Source of the DNA: an uncultured bacterium
GTDB taxonomy: Bacteria > Babelota > Babeliae > Babelales > Babelaceae
Direction of reading: 5' to 3'
DNA: 64,000 nt
Assembly (NCBI GenBank): GCA_963824495.1
Contig: CAWGPQ010000014.1
Location: forward strand, 79,482-143,481
In this document: positions 21,091-30,221 of the stretch, one piece after another
Numbering within the stretch: the stretch's first letter is position 1
Layout of the letters: the number at the start of each line of letters is the position of its first letter
Made by a program: the position numbers and the translations under genes
The notes under the pieces: model-generated
What the model was told of the DNA's origin: nothing
The model's database searches: none
The model's input: only the letters and a program-made list of their open reading frames with translations

Positions 21091-23187
21091 ATGAACATTG
21101 CCATCAAACGTATAGAACTTTTTCTTATTCTAGTAATCTCGTTTTGTTTAACAGAATCATTCAAAGCTGAAAGCTCGAGCAGCTTGCCATTTCAGTTTCC
21201 AAAAGCGAGGCACAACCTTGGGTATGACCTCGGAAATGATCAGAGCTTTTGTGCTCAATTAAACAATTTACCTTACGATACCTCCGATTATTCATGTTAT
21301 TCACGTAAAGATATTTACCCATATCAAGAGTTTTCATATTTTCAACAGGAATCAACACCGGTAAAATCGCTATCTTCTACGCCATCTGCTGCTTATGACA
21401 TATATCAACATATACGTACTATACGCACGCGCCGAGACCACCCTTTAACACGACGTGAAGAGCGGATAGCTGAGTGTATACGCCAGGAACTTAATCAGCG
21501 ACGTGAGTATGAACAGCAACAAGAGAAAGAGCGTATATTTCGACGCAATCTTAAAGATTACACAAAGAAGATTTCACCAACGCTACCGACACCGATAAAA
21601 CAGTACTTAAAAAATAATAATCGATTTATAGATAATTACCGTGAGCTTGTAGAAACTAACTTTTCATCCAATAAGCATTATCTTGCTGAAAAATCTAAGA
21701 AATGGAAAGCAATTCTTGCCTGCCGTGGTGATGATCTAAAACCACATGAACATAAACGCTATAGTAGGCGTTTAGAAGCTCTGGATAAACTGGAGCAAAG
21801 CAATGCAGCGTGGGAATCACATAACTATACAATATCGCCAGAAATTGATCATGTACTACAGCATTACGGTATTGATGAACGGCTTTACACTCAGTGTGTA
21901 GGTAATACTCTACAGCATGTACTTCATCAAGAAATACTTGAAACCCTTGATGGCTTTTCGCAGCTTGATACACACAAGTACACCGACCCTTTATTATATC
22001 GTCTTTCTGATACTGCAATATATAGTGCAGAACTGGGACGTTTCTGTAATAGTGTTGGTTGTATGGAACAAGGCTTTGATAGTAGCGATTTCGCTTGGAG
22101 TATTGTTGACTTCTTAGGTACCTATAGCTATGCCATAAGAGATGGTTTGCTTGCAGAATGCTCTCGATTCTTCAGCTCTTTCTTGCACCCAATTGCTACT
22201 GCTCGTGATCTTATTTGTACTACCTATGAGGTTAGCAAGCTTTTAAGCAAGCTTGTTTATAAACGGTTTTATTGGGAGTATTTAAGCTATACCGATAAGA
22301 GGCTCTTGCTTGAAGAGTATAAGCAAACAACTGATGACATATTCTCTATCGTTAACGCTGTTCAAACTCATATAAAAAGTACACCTCCGCCTGAGCTGGT
22401 AAAAGATGCAACGGCATTTCTTACGAGCTGGTTTATTCCTGGTGCTTCGGTCAAAGTGGTCAAATCGCTTTTAAAAGCAAGCCGTGGTGTAGATTATCTT
22501 GTTCTGGCTAAACGCATTAAAACATTAGCTCAAGAGGCACAAGCTAGCGTAATTATACGCCATCCTGGTGCTGCACTTCTTGCTAATGCTTTTGAAATGC
22601 TTGAAGAGTTTGTCGAAGTTGGAAAAGAAGCAACAAAAAGAGCTTGTGGTGCCGCCTGCACGAGCACGAGGCACCTTATCGAGCTCAAAGCTCTCGAGCA
22701 TATACTACTAAGCAGCGAGGAAATCAAGAGGTTAGCCGACACTTACAATAACATATGTAAAAGCTTTGCTGAAATTGATTTTAAATCAATTATTATTAAC
22801 TTTGAGCATATATTTGGGCCAGAAATTAGATGCATAAAGAAGGGCCTTGAGCTATCAGGCTTTCATCACGATTTTATGGGCTTAATAGAGAAGACTGGTT
22901 TAATAACATTTAGACGTGTTAGAGAAGGAGTACACGGTGTATACGGTGCCTATTGGTATTATAATGGTAAAGAAAAATATTCGACATTCTTTCCAAAGTC
23001 ATGGGATAGGATTAAGGTAATGGAAAAAATTATGGAAGCTTATGGGAACTCAAAAGCTCCTAGGTTAACGTCTTTAGGCAATTGGGAATTTAAAGGCGTA
23101 ACTAGTGAAGGAATAAAAATGGCAATAATCATAGATAAATTCGGTAAAATAACTTCAGCATATCCTATAATTGAAGGGTTACTATGA
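21091..23187 (+). CDS. Secreted polymorphic toxin with C-terminal bacterial EndoU ribonuclease domain (intact copy B)
   Basis: 698 aa; N-terminal signal-like peptide; tip with EHIFGPE, SGFHHD, KYSTFFPKSW, KIMEAY, ITSAYP typical of bacterial EndoU domains; ATGA overlap with downstream small ORF. Confidence 0.82.
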   Translation: MNIAIKRIELFLILVISFCLTESFKAESSSSLPFQFPKARHNLGYDLGNDQSFCAQLNNLPYDTSDYSCYSRKDIYPYQEFSYFQQESTPVKSLSSTPSAAYDIYQHIRTIRTRRDHPLTRREERIAECIRQELNQRREYEQQQEKERIFRRNLKDYTKKISPTLPTPIKQYLKNNNRFIDNYRELVETNFSSNKHYLAEKSKKWKAILACRGDDLKPHEHKRYSRRLEALDKLEQSNAAWESHNYTISPEIDHVLQHYGIDERLYTQCVGNTLQHVLHQEILETLDGFSQLDTHKYTDPLLYRLSDTAIYSAELGRFCNSVGCMEQGFDSSDFAWSIVDFLGTYSYAIRDGLLAECSRFFSSFLHPIATARDLICTTYEVSKLLSKLVYKRFYWEYLSYTDKRLLLEEYKQTTDDIFSIVNAVQTHIKSTPPPELVKDATAFLTSWFIPGASVKVVKSLLKASRGVDYLVLAKRIKTLAQEAQASVIIRHPGAALLANAFEMLEEFVEVGKEATKRACGAACTSTRHLIELKALEHILLSSEEIKRLADTYNNICKSFAEIDFKSIIINFEHIFGPEIRCIKKGLELSGFHHDFMGLIEKTGLITFRRVREGVHGVYGAYWYYNGKEKYSTFFPKSWDRIKVMEKIMEAYGNSKAPRLTSLGNWEFKGVTSEGIKMAIIIDKFGKITSAYPIIEGLL

Positions 23188-23564
23188 ATTATATAATCTT
23201 ACAAAAAGGTGATGGTAGCGACTATTCGCCTATAGAAAACAGAGTTCGCAATATAAATATGTTATGGCTGCTTTTGAATGACCCTCCTCCCTATATTAAG
23301 GAATGGGTTTTAGAACCATCTCGTAAAACATTGAGCACAAATAACTGTTATCTACGAAAAGAAGGTAATAAAGTAATCATAAGCTTCTTGTATTCTGACC
23401 TAGATCCTGAAGACGATCCAGATGTAGTATCGATAATAGACCAGCAACTTTGCGATTTAGTAGATCAGTGGGATAGGTTATACGAAGCAGGTGCACAAAA
23501 GATTATATTATGGCAACATGGAGATGATTTTTATGTTTCTGAGTATATAGTTAACCCTGCGTAG
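23184..23564 (+). CDS. Putative immunity protein of toxin copy B
   Basis: 126 aa acidic protein translationally coupled to the toxin; paralog family. Confidence 0.75.
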   Translation: MNYIILQKGDGSDYSPIENRVRNINMLWLLLNDPPPYIKEWVLEPSRKTLSTNNCYLRKEGNKVIISFLYSDLDPEDDPDVVSIIDQQLCDLVDQWDRLYEAGAQKIILWQHGDDFYVSEYIVNPA

Positions 23565-23583
23565 TTTTCATCCAATCACGACT

Positions 23584-24966
23584 TCATAGTTTCTCAATTC
23601 GTACTTCAAAATAAGGTCCTCCGCCTTTTATTATTAATTGAACTACCCGTCCTGCCTCATTTCTTATAAAGTTATAAACTATATTATTGGCATTTTGGTT
23701 TACTGCCATAAATTGATCTGTTGTAACAGGGGAAAGCTCGATATTTTCAGGTAGATATAGTCTATCGCCCTTTTTTTCAATTTTATAACCAGATTTAAAA
23801 AAAGGATGGTCATACATACCAATGTAGTCATTATAGGTAGGCGAATCAAGCTTTATTACATTACAACGTGGCAGATCATAAGGTAGACCAAACACAATTG
23901 CTGCAAGAGCATCTCGTGCTTCATTAACCCATGCAGCAAAAAAATTGCTTAAAATAACAATGTAAATTTCGTCATCAATAAATATCGACATATTTGACTT
24001 AAAGCCACTCGATAACATGCCGCCATGTTCTATATAGGTGTGTTCTAGGCAGCGTCTAGTATGACATCCATATCCATAATTCTCTTTGTTGTGATAAGAG
24101 GTGACCATAGACTGCAAGGATGTTTGATTAATTAGTTTACCAGCACTCAGTCCTCGAGCAAATTTATAAAGATCATGTGCTGTGCCTATTAAACCTCCAC
24201 TCCCTCTAAAATTTTCATATACATAATGGCCATTTACCACATTATTTGCTTTATTCAGACAGTAGCCAGAAGCACAATTTTTTAAAATTTCATAATCATA
24301 ATCACGAAAAATGCTTTCATGTATGTTCAAGGGCGCAAGGATATTCTCTTTAATAAATGATTCATAACTTTTGCCAGAGGCTTTTTCAATAATGAGTGAA
24401 AGAATATAGTAGCCATCATTGCTATAGCGATAGTCTGAACCAGGATCATACTCTAAAGGCTTATCTTTAATAAAAGAGATCATTTGTTCTAACGTTGCCG
24501 GAAATACAACCATCTCAAGGGGTAAGTTACAACTTGATATACCAGATGTATGCGTAAGCAAATGATGGATGGTTATCTCATGACCTCTTGGGTAATCAGG
24601 AAGATATATATGTATAGGATCATGAACCTGTAATAACCCTCTTTCTTGAAGTTGCATAATAGCTACCGCAGTAACCATTTTAGTAATCGAGCAGATTCTA
24701 AATTTTGTCTTTGGCGTATTAGGCACCTCAAATTCATAGCTTGCAAAGCCATATCCTTTATTGAGTAGTACAGTATTTCCTTTTGCAACCACTACCGATC
24801 CACTAAAGCGATTCAATGTAGTCAAAGCTTGCATATATGCATCTAATTTCTGACCAATATCTTGTGCATAAACACAATCGCTTACGGCATTAATAGCATG
24901 ATTTACTTTCGCACACACAAAAGCATTCACGAAAAGTAAAATTATAATAGTAAGTCTTTTAAACAT
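23584..24966 (-). CDS. Exported serine hydrolase, beta-lactamase class C/AmpC-like family
   Basis: Signal peptide; SxxK (SITK), LLTHTSG, YSN, HGG motifs. Confidence 0.9.
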   Translation of the reverse strand: MFKRLTIIILLFVNAFVCAKVNHAINAVSDCVYAQDIGQKLDAYMQALTTLNRFSGSVVVAKGNTVLLNKGYGFASYEFEVPNTPKTKFRICSITKMVTAVAIMQLQERGLLQVHDPIHIYLPDYPRGHEITIHHLLTHTSGISSCNLPLEMVVFPATLEQMISFIKDKPLEYDPGSDYRYSNDGYYILSLIIEKASGKSYESFIKENILAPLNIHESIFRDYDYEILKNCASGYCLNKANNVVNGHYVYENFRGSGGLIGTAHDLYKFARGLSAGKLINQTSLQSMVTSYHNKENYGYGCHTRRCLEHTYIEHGGMLSSGFKSNMSIFIDDEIYIVILSNFFAAWVNEARDALAAIVFGLPYDLPRCNVIKLDSPTYNDYIGMYDHPFFKSGYKIEKKGDRLYLPENIELSPVTTDQFMAVNQNANNIVYNFIRNEAGRVVQLIIKGGGPYFEVRIEKL

Positions 24967-25355
24967 GTAATACTTTCGCTCCTTAAAATTATTTTAAAAA
25001 TCAGTAGTTTTTCTTTTACTTTTGCTCTTGTCTAATAGTATAATTCATTTTTTAATTTTGATGAGGTGACCCGAGCAAAAATAGCGTAATCTAAGCTTTT
25101 TTACAAGAAACAAGGATAATTCTTTAAAATTAGGGCTTCTTTTTAGTATGAAATAACAGTACTACAGAATAGTATCTTTTATAACTAGCCCACATGAACA
25201 TTGCCATCAAACGTATAGAACTTTTTCTTATTCTAGTAATCTCGTTTTGTTTAACAGAATCACTCAAAGCTGAAAGCTCGAGCAGCTTGCCATTTCAGTT
25301 TCCAAAAGCGAGGCACAACTATAGTGACCCCCTGCGTTAAGACACGAAAATAGAT

Positions 25356-26246
25356 TTATTTAGGAGTCATGTTAACCTCCGAAGGGTTAGACTGGTTTTG
25401 TAACTTAAATTGTGCAAATAACTGTTGTCTTGTAGGCACAACTCTTAAAGCGAAAATGAGGTTTGGCGTGTGATAGTTAAGCGCCTGATGAGGTCGTTTT
25501 TGATTATAAAAATCAACATAGCTCCGCAAAGCTACTCGAGCCTGATCCACAGTATCAAAACTGTGCAGGTAAACGTTTTCGTACTTTATAGTACGCCATA
25601 ATCGTTCGACATGAGCATTATCAGCCCAGCGACCCTTGCCATCCATGCTCACCTTTATACCGTTTCCTTCTAATTGTACGATCCAAGAGGTACTGGTAAA
25701 CTGGCATCCTTGGTCGCTATTAATAATCTCCGGTATGCCATGCTTCAAGGCGTTTTCAAGTGCTTCAAGACATGATTGCGTATCAAGAAAAGTAGATAAG
25801 CTCCATCCCATAATTCTTCTGCTAAAGACATCGAGCAAGCACACTAAATAAACAAAGCCAAGTCGTACCTTTATATAGGTGATGTCAACGGTCCATACCT
25901 GATTAGGGCGATCAACGCTAAGTTCACGTAGAAGATAGGGGTATACTTTGTGTCCCCGATCTCGTATAGTTGTTTTCTTTGTAGGATAAACAGCTTTTAT
26001 GCCTGCAAGAGCGAGCAATCCTTGTAACCTCTTGTGATTGATAACGAAGCCTCTTTGCCTCAGAGCAACAAGAATACGGCGATAGCCATAAAATGGTGTT
26101 TCTTGATAAATACTTCTAACCTCATTCAATATAGTCGCATCGTTACTTTTTAACGGCCTCGGTTGATAATACATCATGCTTCTCGCAACACCCAAAAGTT
26201 CGCATTTTCTTTTTATACCTATCGCTTCATTACCGTGCTCAATCAT
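25356..26246 (-). CDS. IS3 transposase OrfB
   Basis: DDE integrase-core motifs as in copy 1. Confidence 0.95.
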   Translation of the reverse strand: MIEHGNEAIGIKRKCELLGVARSMMYYQPRPLKSNDATILNEVRSIYQETPFYGYRRILVALRQRGFVINHKRLQGLLALAGIKAVYPTKKTTIRDRGHKVYPYLLRELSVDRPNQVWTVDITYIKVRLGFVYLVCLLDVFSRRIMGWSLSTFLDTQSCLEALENALKHGIPEIINSDQGCQFTSTSWIVQLEGNGIKVSMDGKGRWADNAHVERLWRTIKYENVYLHSFDTVDQARVALRSYVDFYNQKRPHQALNYHTPNLIFALRVVPTRQQLFAQFKLQNQSNPSEVNMTPK

Positions 26247-26266
26247 CTCTTTGCGTTTTTCACTAC

Positions 26267-26542
26267 TTAACGTTTGAGCACATGTCCTAAAAAATCACGT
26301 TCCGCAGTTAATTGTCCAATAACACGATGCAATCTATCTATTTCTGCTTTATGGTCTACTTCTCGCTTATCTTCAAAGATCTTATTGCTCTCTTCCTCCA
26401 GCTGCTTTTTCCATGCAAATATTTGACTTGCTGAAATGCTATACTCTTGGCATAATTCTGCAACTGTTTTCTTTTCTTTTAGGGCCTCTAGAGCTACCTT
26501 ACTCTTAAATGAACTTCCATGTTTCTTGTATATTCTTGCCAT
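26267..26542 (-). CDS. IS3 transposase OrfA (HTH)
   Basis: FKSKVALEAL, TVAELCQEY, QIFAWKKQ, GQLTAERDFL. Confidence 0.93.
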   Translation of the reverse strand: MARIYKKHGSSFKSKVALEALKEKKTVAELCQEYSISASQIFAWKKQLEEESNKIFEDKREVDHKAEIDRLHRVIGQLTAERDFLGHVLKR

Positions 26543-28604
26543 GCTTTACCCCAGTAATAGTGATGATCTTTTTGCATCATTATACTCCCCAATTTCTCCA
26601 ATTACACGTGTCTGATTTCTGGGGGTCATTATAAACCTTGGGTATGACCTCGGAAATGATCAGAGCTTTTGTGCTCAATTAAACAATTTTTCTTACGATA
26701 CCTCTGATTATTCATGTTATTCATGTAAAGATATTTACCCATATCAAGAGTTTTCATATTTTCAACAGGAATCAGCACCAGTAAGATCGCTATCTTCTAC
26801 GCCATCTGCTGCTTATGACATATATCAGCATATACGTACTATACGCATGCGCAGAGACCGCCCTTTAACACGACGAGAAGAGCGGATAGCTGAGTGTATA
26901 CGCCAGGAACTTAATCAGCGACGTGAGTATGAAGAACAACAAGGGAAAGAGCGTACATTTCGACGCAATCTTAAAGATTACACAAAGAGGATTTCACCAA
27001 CGCTACCGACACCAATAAAACAGTACTTAAAAAATAATAATCGATTCATAGATAATTACCGTGAGCTTGTAGAAACTAACTTTTCATCCAATAAGCACTA
27101 TCTTGCTGAAAAATCTAAGAAATGGAAAGCAACTCTTGACTGCCGTGGTGATGATCTAAAACCACATGAATATAAACGCTATAGTAGGCGTTTAGAAGCT
27201 CTAGATAAACTGGAGCAAAATAATGCAGCGTGGGAATCACATAACTATACAATATCGCGAGAAGTTGATCATGTATTACAGCATTACGGTATTGATGAAC
27301 GACTTTACACTCAGTGTGTAGGTAATACTCTACAGCATGTACTTCATCAAGAAATACTTGAAACCCTTGATGGCTTTTCGCAGCTTGATACACACAAGTA
27401 CACCGACCCTTTATTATATCGTCTTTCTGATACTGCAATATATAGCACAGAACTGGGATGTTTCTGTAATAGCGTTGGTTGTATGGAGCAAGGCTTTGAT
27501 AGTAGCGATTTCGCTTGGAGTATTGTTCATTTCTTAGGTACCTATGGTTACGCCATAAAAGATGGTTTCTTGGCGGAATGCTCTCGATTCTTCAGCTCTT
27601 TCTTGCATCCAATTGATACTGCTCGTAATCTTATTCATACTACCTTTGAGGTTAGCAAGCTTTTAAGCAAGCTTATCTATAAACGATTTTATTGGGAGTA
27701 TTTAAGCTATACCAATAGGGAGCTCTTGTTCGAAGAGTGTAAACAAACAACTGATGACATACTCTCTATCGTTAACGCTGTTCAAACTCATATAAAAAGT
27801 ACACCTCCGCCTGAGCTGGTAAAAGATGCAACGGCATTTCTTACGAGTTGGTTTATACCAGGTGCTTCGGTCAAAGTGGTCAAATCGCTTTTAAAAGCAA
27901 GCCGTGGTGTAGATTATCTTGCCCTGGCTAAACGCATTAAAACATTAGCTCAAGAGGCACAAGCTAGTGTAATTATACGCCATCCTGGTGCTGCACTTCT
28001 TGCCAATGCTTTTGAAATGCTTGAAGAGCTTGTCGAAGTTGGAAAAGAAACAGCAAAAAGAGCTTGTGGTGCTGCCTGCACGAGCACGAGGCACCTTATC
28101 GAGCTCAAAGCTCTTGAACACATACTACTAAGCAGCGAGGAAATCAAGAGGTTAGCCGGCACTTACAATAACATATGTAAAAGCTTTGCTGAAATTGATT
28201 TTAAATCAATTATTATTAACTTTGAGCACATATTTGGGCCAGAAATTAGGTGTGGGAAAAAGACCATTAGCCTCTCAGGATTTCATCACGATTTAAGGGG
28301 TCTAATAGAAAAAAGTGGTATAATACATTTTAGCCATATCTTAGAAGGACCATATAAGGTTTACCGGGCCAATTGGTATTATAATGGCATAAAGAAGTGC
28401 TCCACATTCTTTCCAAAATTATGGAATAGGGAAAAAGTGATTGAGAAGATTATAGAGGCTTGCCAGAACATTGAGTCAATTCTTCCCCAACCAAATGGTA
28501 CTTTCCAATTGACCGGTATTACGAGCGAAGGGCTCAAGATAGAGATGATTATTAATGAATTAGGTACAATGACTTCAGCATACCCTAGCTCTTGGTGGTA
28601 AAAA

Positions 28605-28973
28605 ATGGAGAAAATTATACTGGAAAAAATTGGCGATAAAAGCTATTGGCCAGTTAAGGGAACCTATAGCAAGCTGGGCATCCTTTGGTCATTTTTGAAC
28701 ACTTTGCCCCCTTCCAACGCATATTTTAAGACCTGGCTTAAGGATCCACTTGAGGTGCAAATAAGCACTGACAACTGCTATCTTTATAAACAAGAGACTA
28801 ATGTTATTGTTGGATATTTGTATAATAACGATGAAGATAACCCTTGCGAAATAAGGATCGACAACGAGCAATTCTATTGCCTTATTATTGAATGGGAGAA
28901 ATTGTGTTTAGCTGGAGTACAAAAAATTATCATATGGCAAAATGGTAATGATTTCACTATTTCCGAGCCGTAA
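28605..28973 (+). CDS. Putative immunity protein of toxin copy C
   Basis: 122 aa, 3 nt after toxin stop; divergent member of the same family. Confidence 0.75.
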   Translation: MEKIILEKIGDKSYWPVKGTYSKLGILWSFLNTLPPSNAYFKTWLKDPLEVQISTDNCYLYKQETNVIVGYLYNNDEDNPCEIRIDNEQFYCLIIEWEKLCLAGVQKIIIWQNGNDFTISEP

Positions 28974-29019
28974 AGGTATTTCACCAAGTTTTTTTCAAAA
29001 AATTATCTTCTATAGCTAT

Positions 29020-29148
29020 ATAAATTACAGGATATTGAAAAAATTTAGTAAAAATGATTATTTACCTATAGATGATATAACAAGCAATGTAGACATGTTA
29101 TGGTTGCTTTTAAATGGTATACCCATGCCCGACCTCTTTCTTAAGGAT
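29020..29148 (+). pseudogene. Truncated additional immunity gene
   Basis: INYRILKKFSKNDYLPIDD..VDMLWLLLN closely matches the N-terminus of the 54188 ORF; ATA in place of ATG; cut at IS remnant. Confidence 0.75.
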
Positions 29149-29233
29149 TATAATGACCCCTAGAAATCAGACACGTGTAATTGGAGAAATTGGGGAGTAT
29201 AATGATGCAAAAAGATCATCACTATTACTGGGG
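29149..29233 (+). mobile_element. 85-bp remnant of the same IS3 (left end, opposite orientation)
   Basis: TATAATGACCCCTAGAAATCAGACACGTG...ACTATTACTGGGG is the reverse complement of the orfA-proximal end of both IS copies. Confidence 0.92.
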
Positions 29234-29380
29234 AGAGGTATGCAAATCTTATTTTTTAAAACATTATCGTGTTTCCATATATACGAGTAGCCAGCAAGTA
29301 CTATATCAAAACCACTGTAAGGCCCCATAAGCAAACACAGCCTGTACGATTTACCATTCATAATCATTGAGGAATCTATA
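29234..29380 (-). pseudogene. Fragment of a third paralog of the 30222/29479 family
   Basis: RLCLLMGPYSGFDIVLAGYSYIWK matches WLRLCMGPYRGFDILLDGYSYAWK in the 30222 ORF; cut by IS remnant. Confidence 0.7.
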
Positions 29381-29478
29381 TAATCAGTATGACCACACTG
29401 GAACGGGCATTTCAGTAATGAGCTTTTTGAAAATTTGAAATGCTCCGTAAATAAAGTAGCATGGCATGTCCTTATAAT

Positions 29479-30219
29479 TTAAAAATTAGTGGTGATTTCG
29501 TCAATGCCAAAATCAACACTTAAATTTAAGAGTATCGTGGTATAAAAAGCAAGGTCTATTCCTGATTTCTCTTCGACGCTCTTGATACGTAAAGGCTGTT
29601 GTGGAACTAAGGTTACAAGATCTCTTTTGATTTTAAGAAGTAAAGCAAAACCTTCGACTACTAAATATATGGATGACCCCTCATTGCTTGCAAGCCCATA
29701 TGCAATGGTTTCAATGGCTGTGTCCTCTGGCGCAAATTTCATGCTGGCGAGATCTTGTACAAACATGTAATCATAAAATGATGCTTGATTAACTATGTCA
29801 CGTGCGTCATCTTCAGCATCTTCCGGCGTACCGTAAAAGAAAAGGTTAGCGGTGATAGCTTTTTCCTCACCGGGACGATCTAACACTTGTATGTCTGAAG
29901 TTATGGCTATACTTTTGATTAAAAACTCATCGCAGAGATCAAGCAGTAACCTGCAAGCACTAATATTGTCGGCAGTTTCCCAATGTTTAAAGTCTCGACG
30001 CCAAGCATAATCATGGTCGCTCAACAATACGCCTAAATATCCGCCTAAAGTTCCAATAGTTATCACTAACCATGAATCGTTATCGAAAATAACCTTTAAA
30101 TCGCAACAGTGATCAGTTGCTTGCAAACCTAGCGATAGACCCCTACACATTATAGATTTAACATTTTCTTGAGTACATTCAGCATTAAGCTGCAATTTTA
30201 CTATAAAATGATCGCTCAT
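29479..30219 (-). CDS. Hypothetical protein, paralog of 30222..31007 (candidate immunity; likely start MSDHF at 30219)
   Basis: Shares YAWxxDxKHWxxADN, YLVVEGF, GxDLAFYxxILLNL with upstream gene. Confidence 0.75.
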   Translation of the reverse strand: MSDHFIVKLQLNAECTQENVKSIMCRGLSLGLQATDHCCDLKVIFDNDSWLVITIGTLGGYLGVLLSDHDYAWRRDFKHWETADNISACRLLLDLCDEFLIKSIAITSDIQVLDRPGEEKAITANLFFYGTPEDAEDDARDIVNQASFYDYMFVQDLASMKFAPEDTAIETIAYGLASNEGSSIYLVVEGFALLLKIKRDLVTLVPQQPLRIKSVEEKSGIDLAFYTTILLNLSVDFGIDEITTNF

Positions 30220-30221
30220 TG

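Larger units (their letters stand above)
25320..26633 (-). mobile_element. IS3-family insertion sequence, copy 2 (1314 bp, apparently intact)
   Basis: Terminal IRs; 3-bp target duplication AAC (25317-19 / 26634-36) relative to the uninterrupted paralog; orfA plus orfB in -1 frame. Confidence 0.96.
25194..28601 (+). pseudogene. EndoU polymorphic toxin copy C interrupted by IS3 after codon 42
   Basis: 25194..25319 matches the start of the 21091 gene; match resumes at 26634; the 26847..28601 ORF is the remaining body plus a divergent EndoU tip. Confidence 0.9.

Noticed and set aside
19653..26633. Composite transposon formed by the two direct IS3 copies around toxin B and the hydrolase
   Set aside because: Copy 2 has its own AAC target duplication and the outer flanks (GAG / AAC) do not match, so insertions were independent; future mobilisation remains possible
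19443..28162. Repeated small ORFs (66, 70, 71, 107 aa) appearing two or three times
   Set aside because: Off-frame or antisense ORFs repeated only because the toxin genes and IS copies are duplicated
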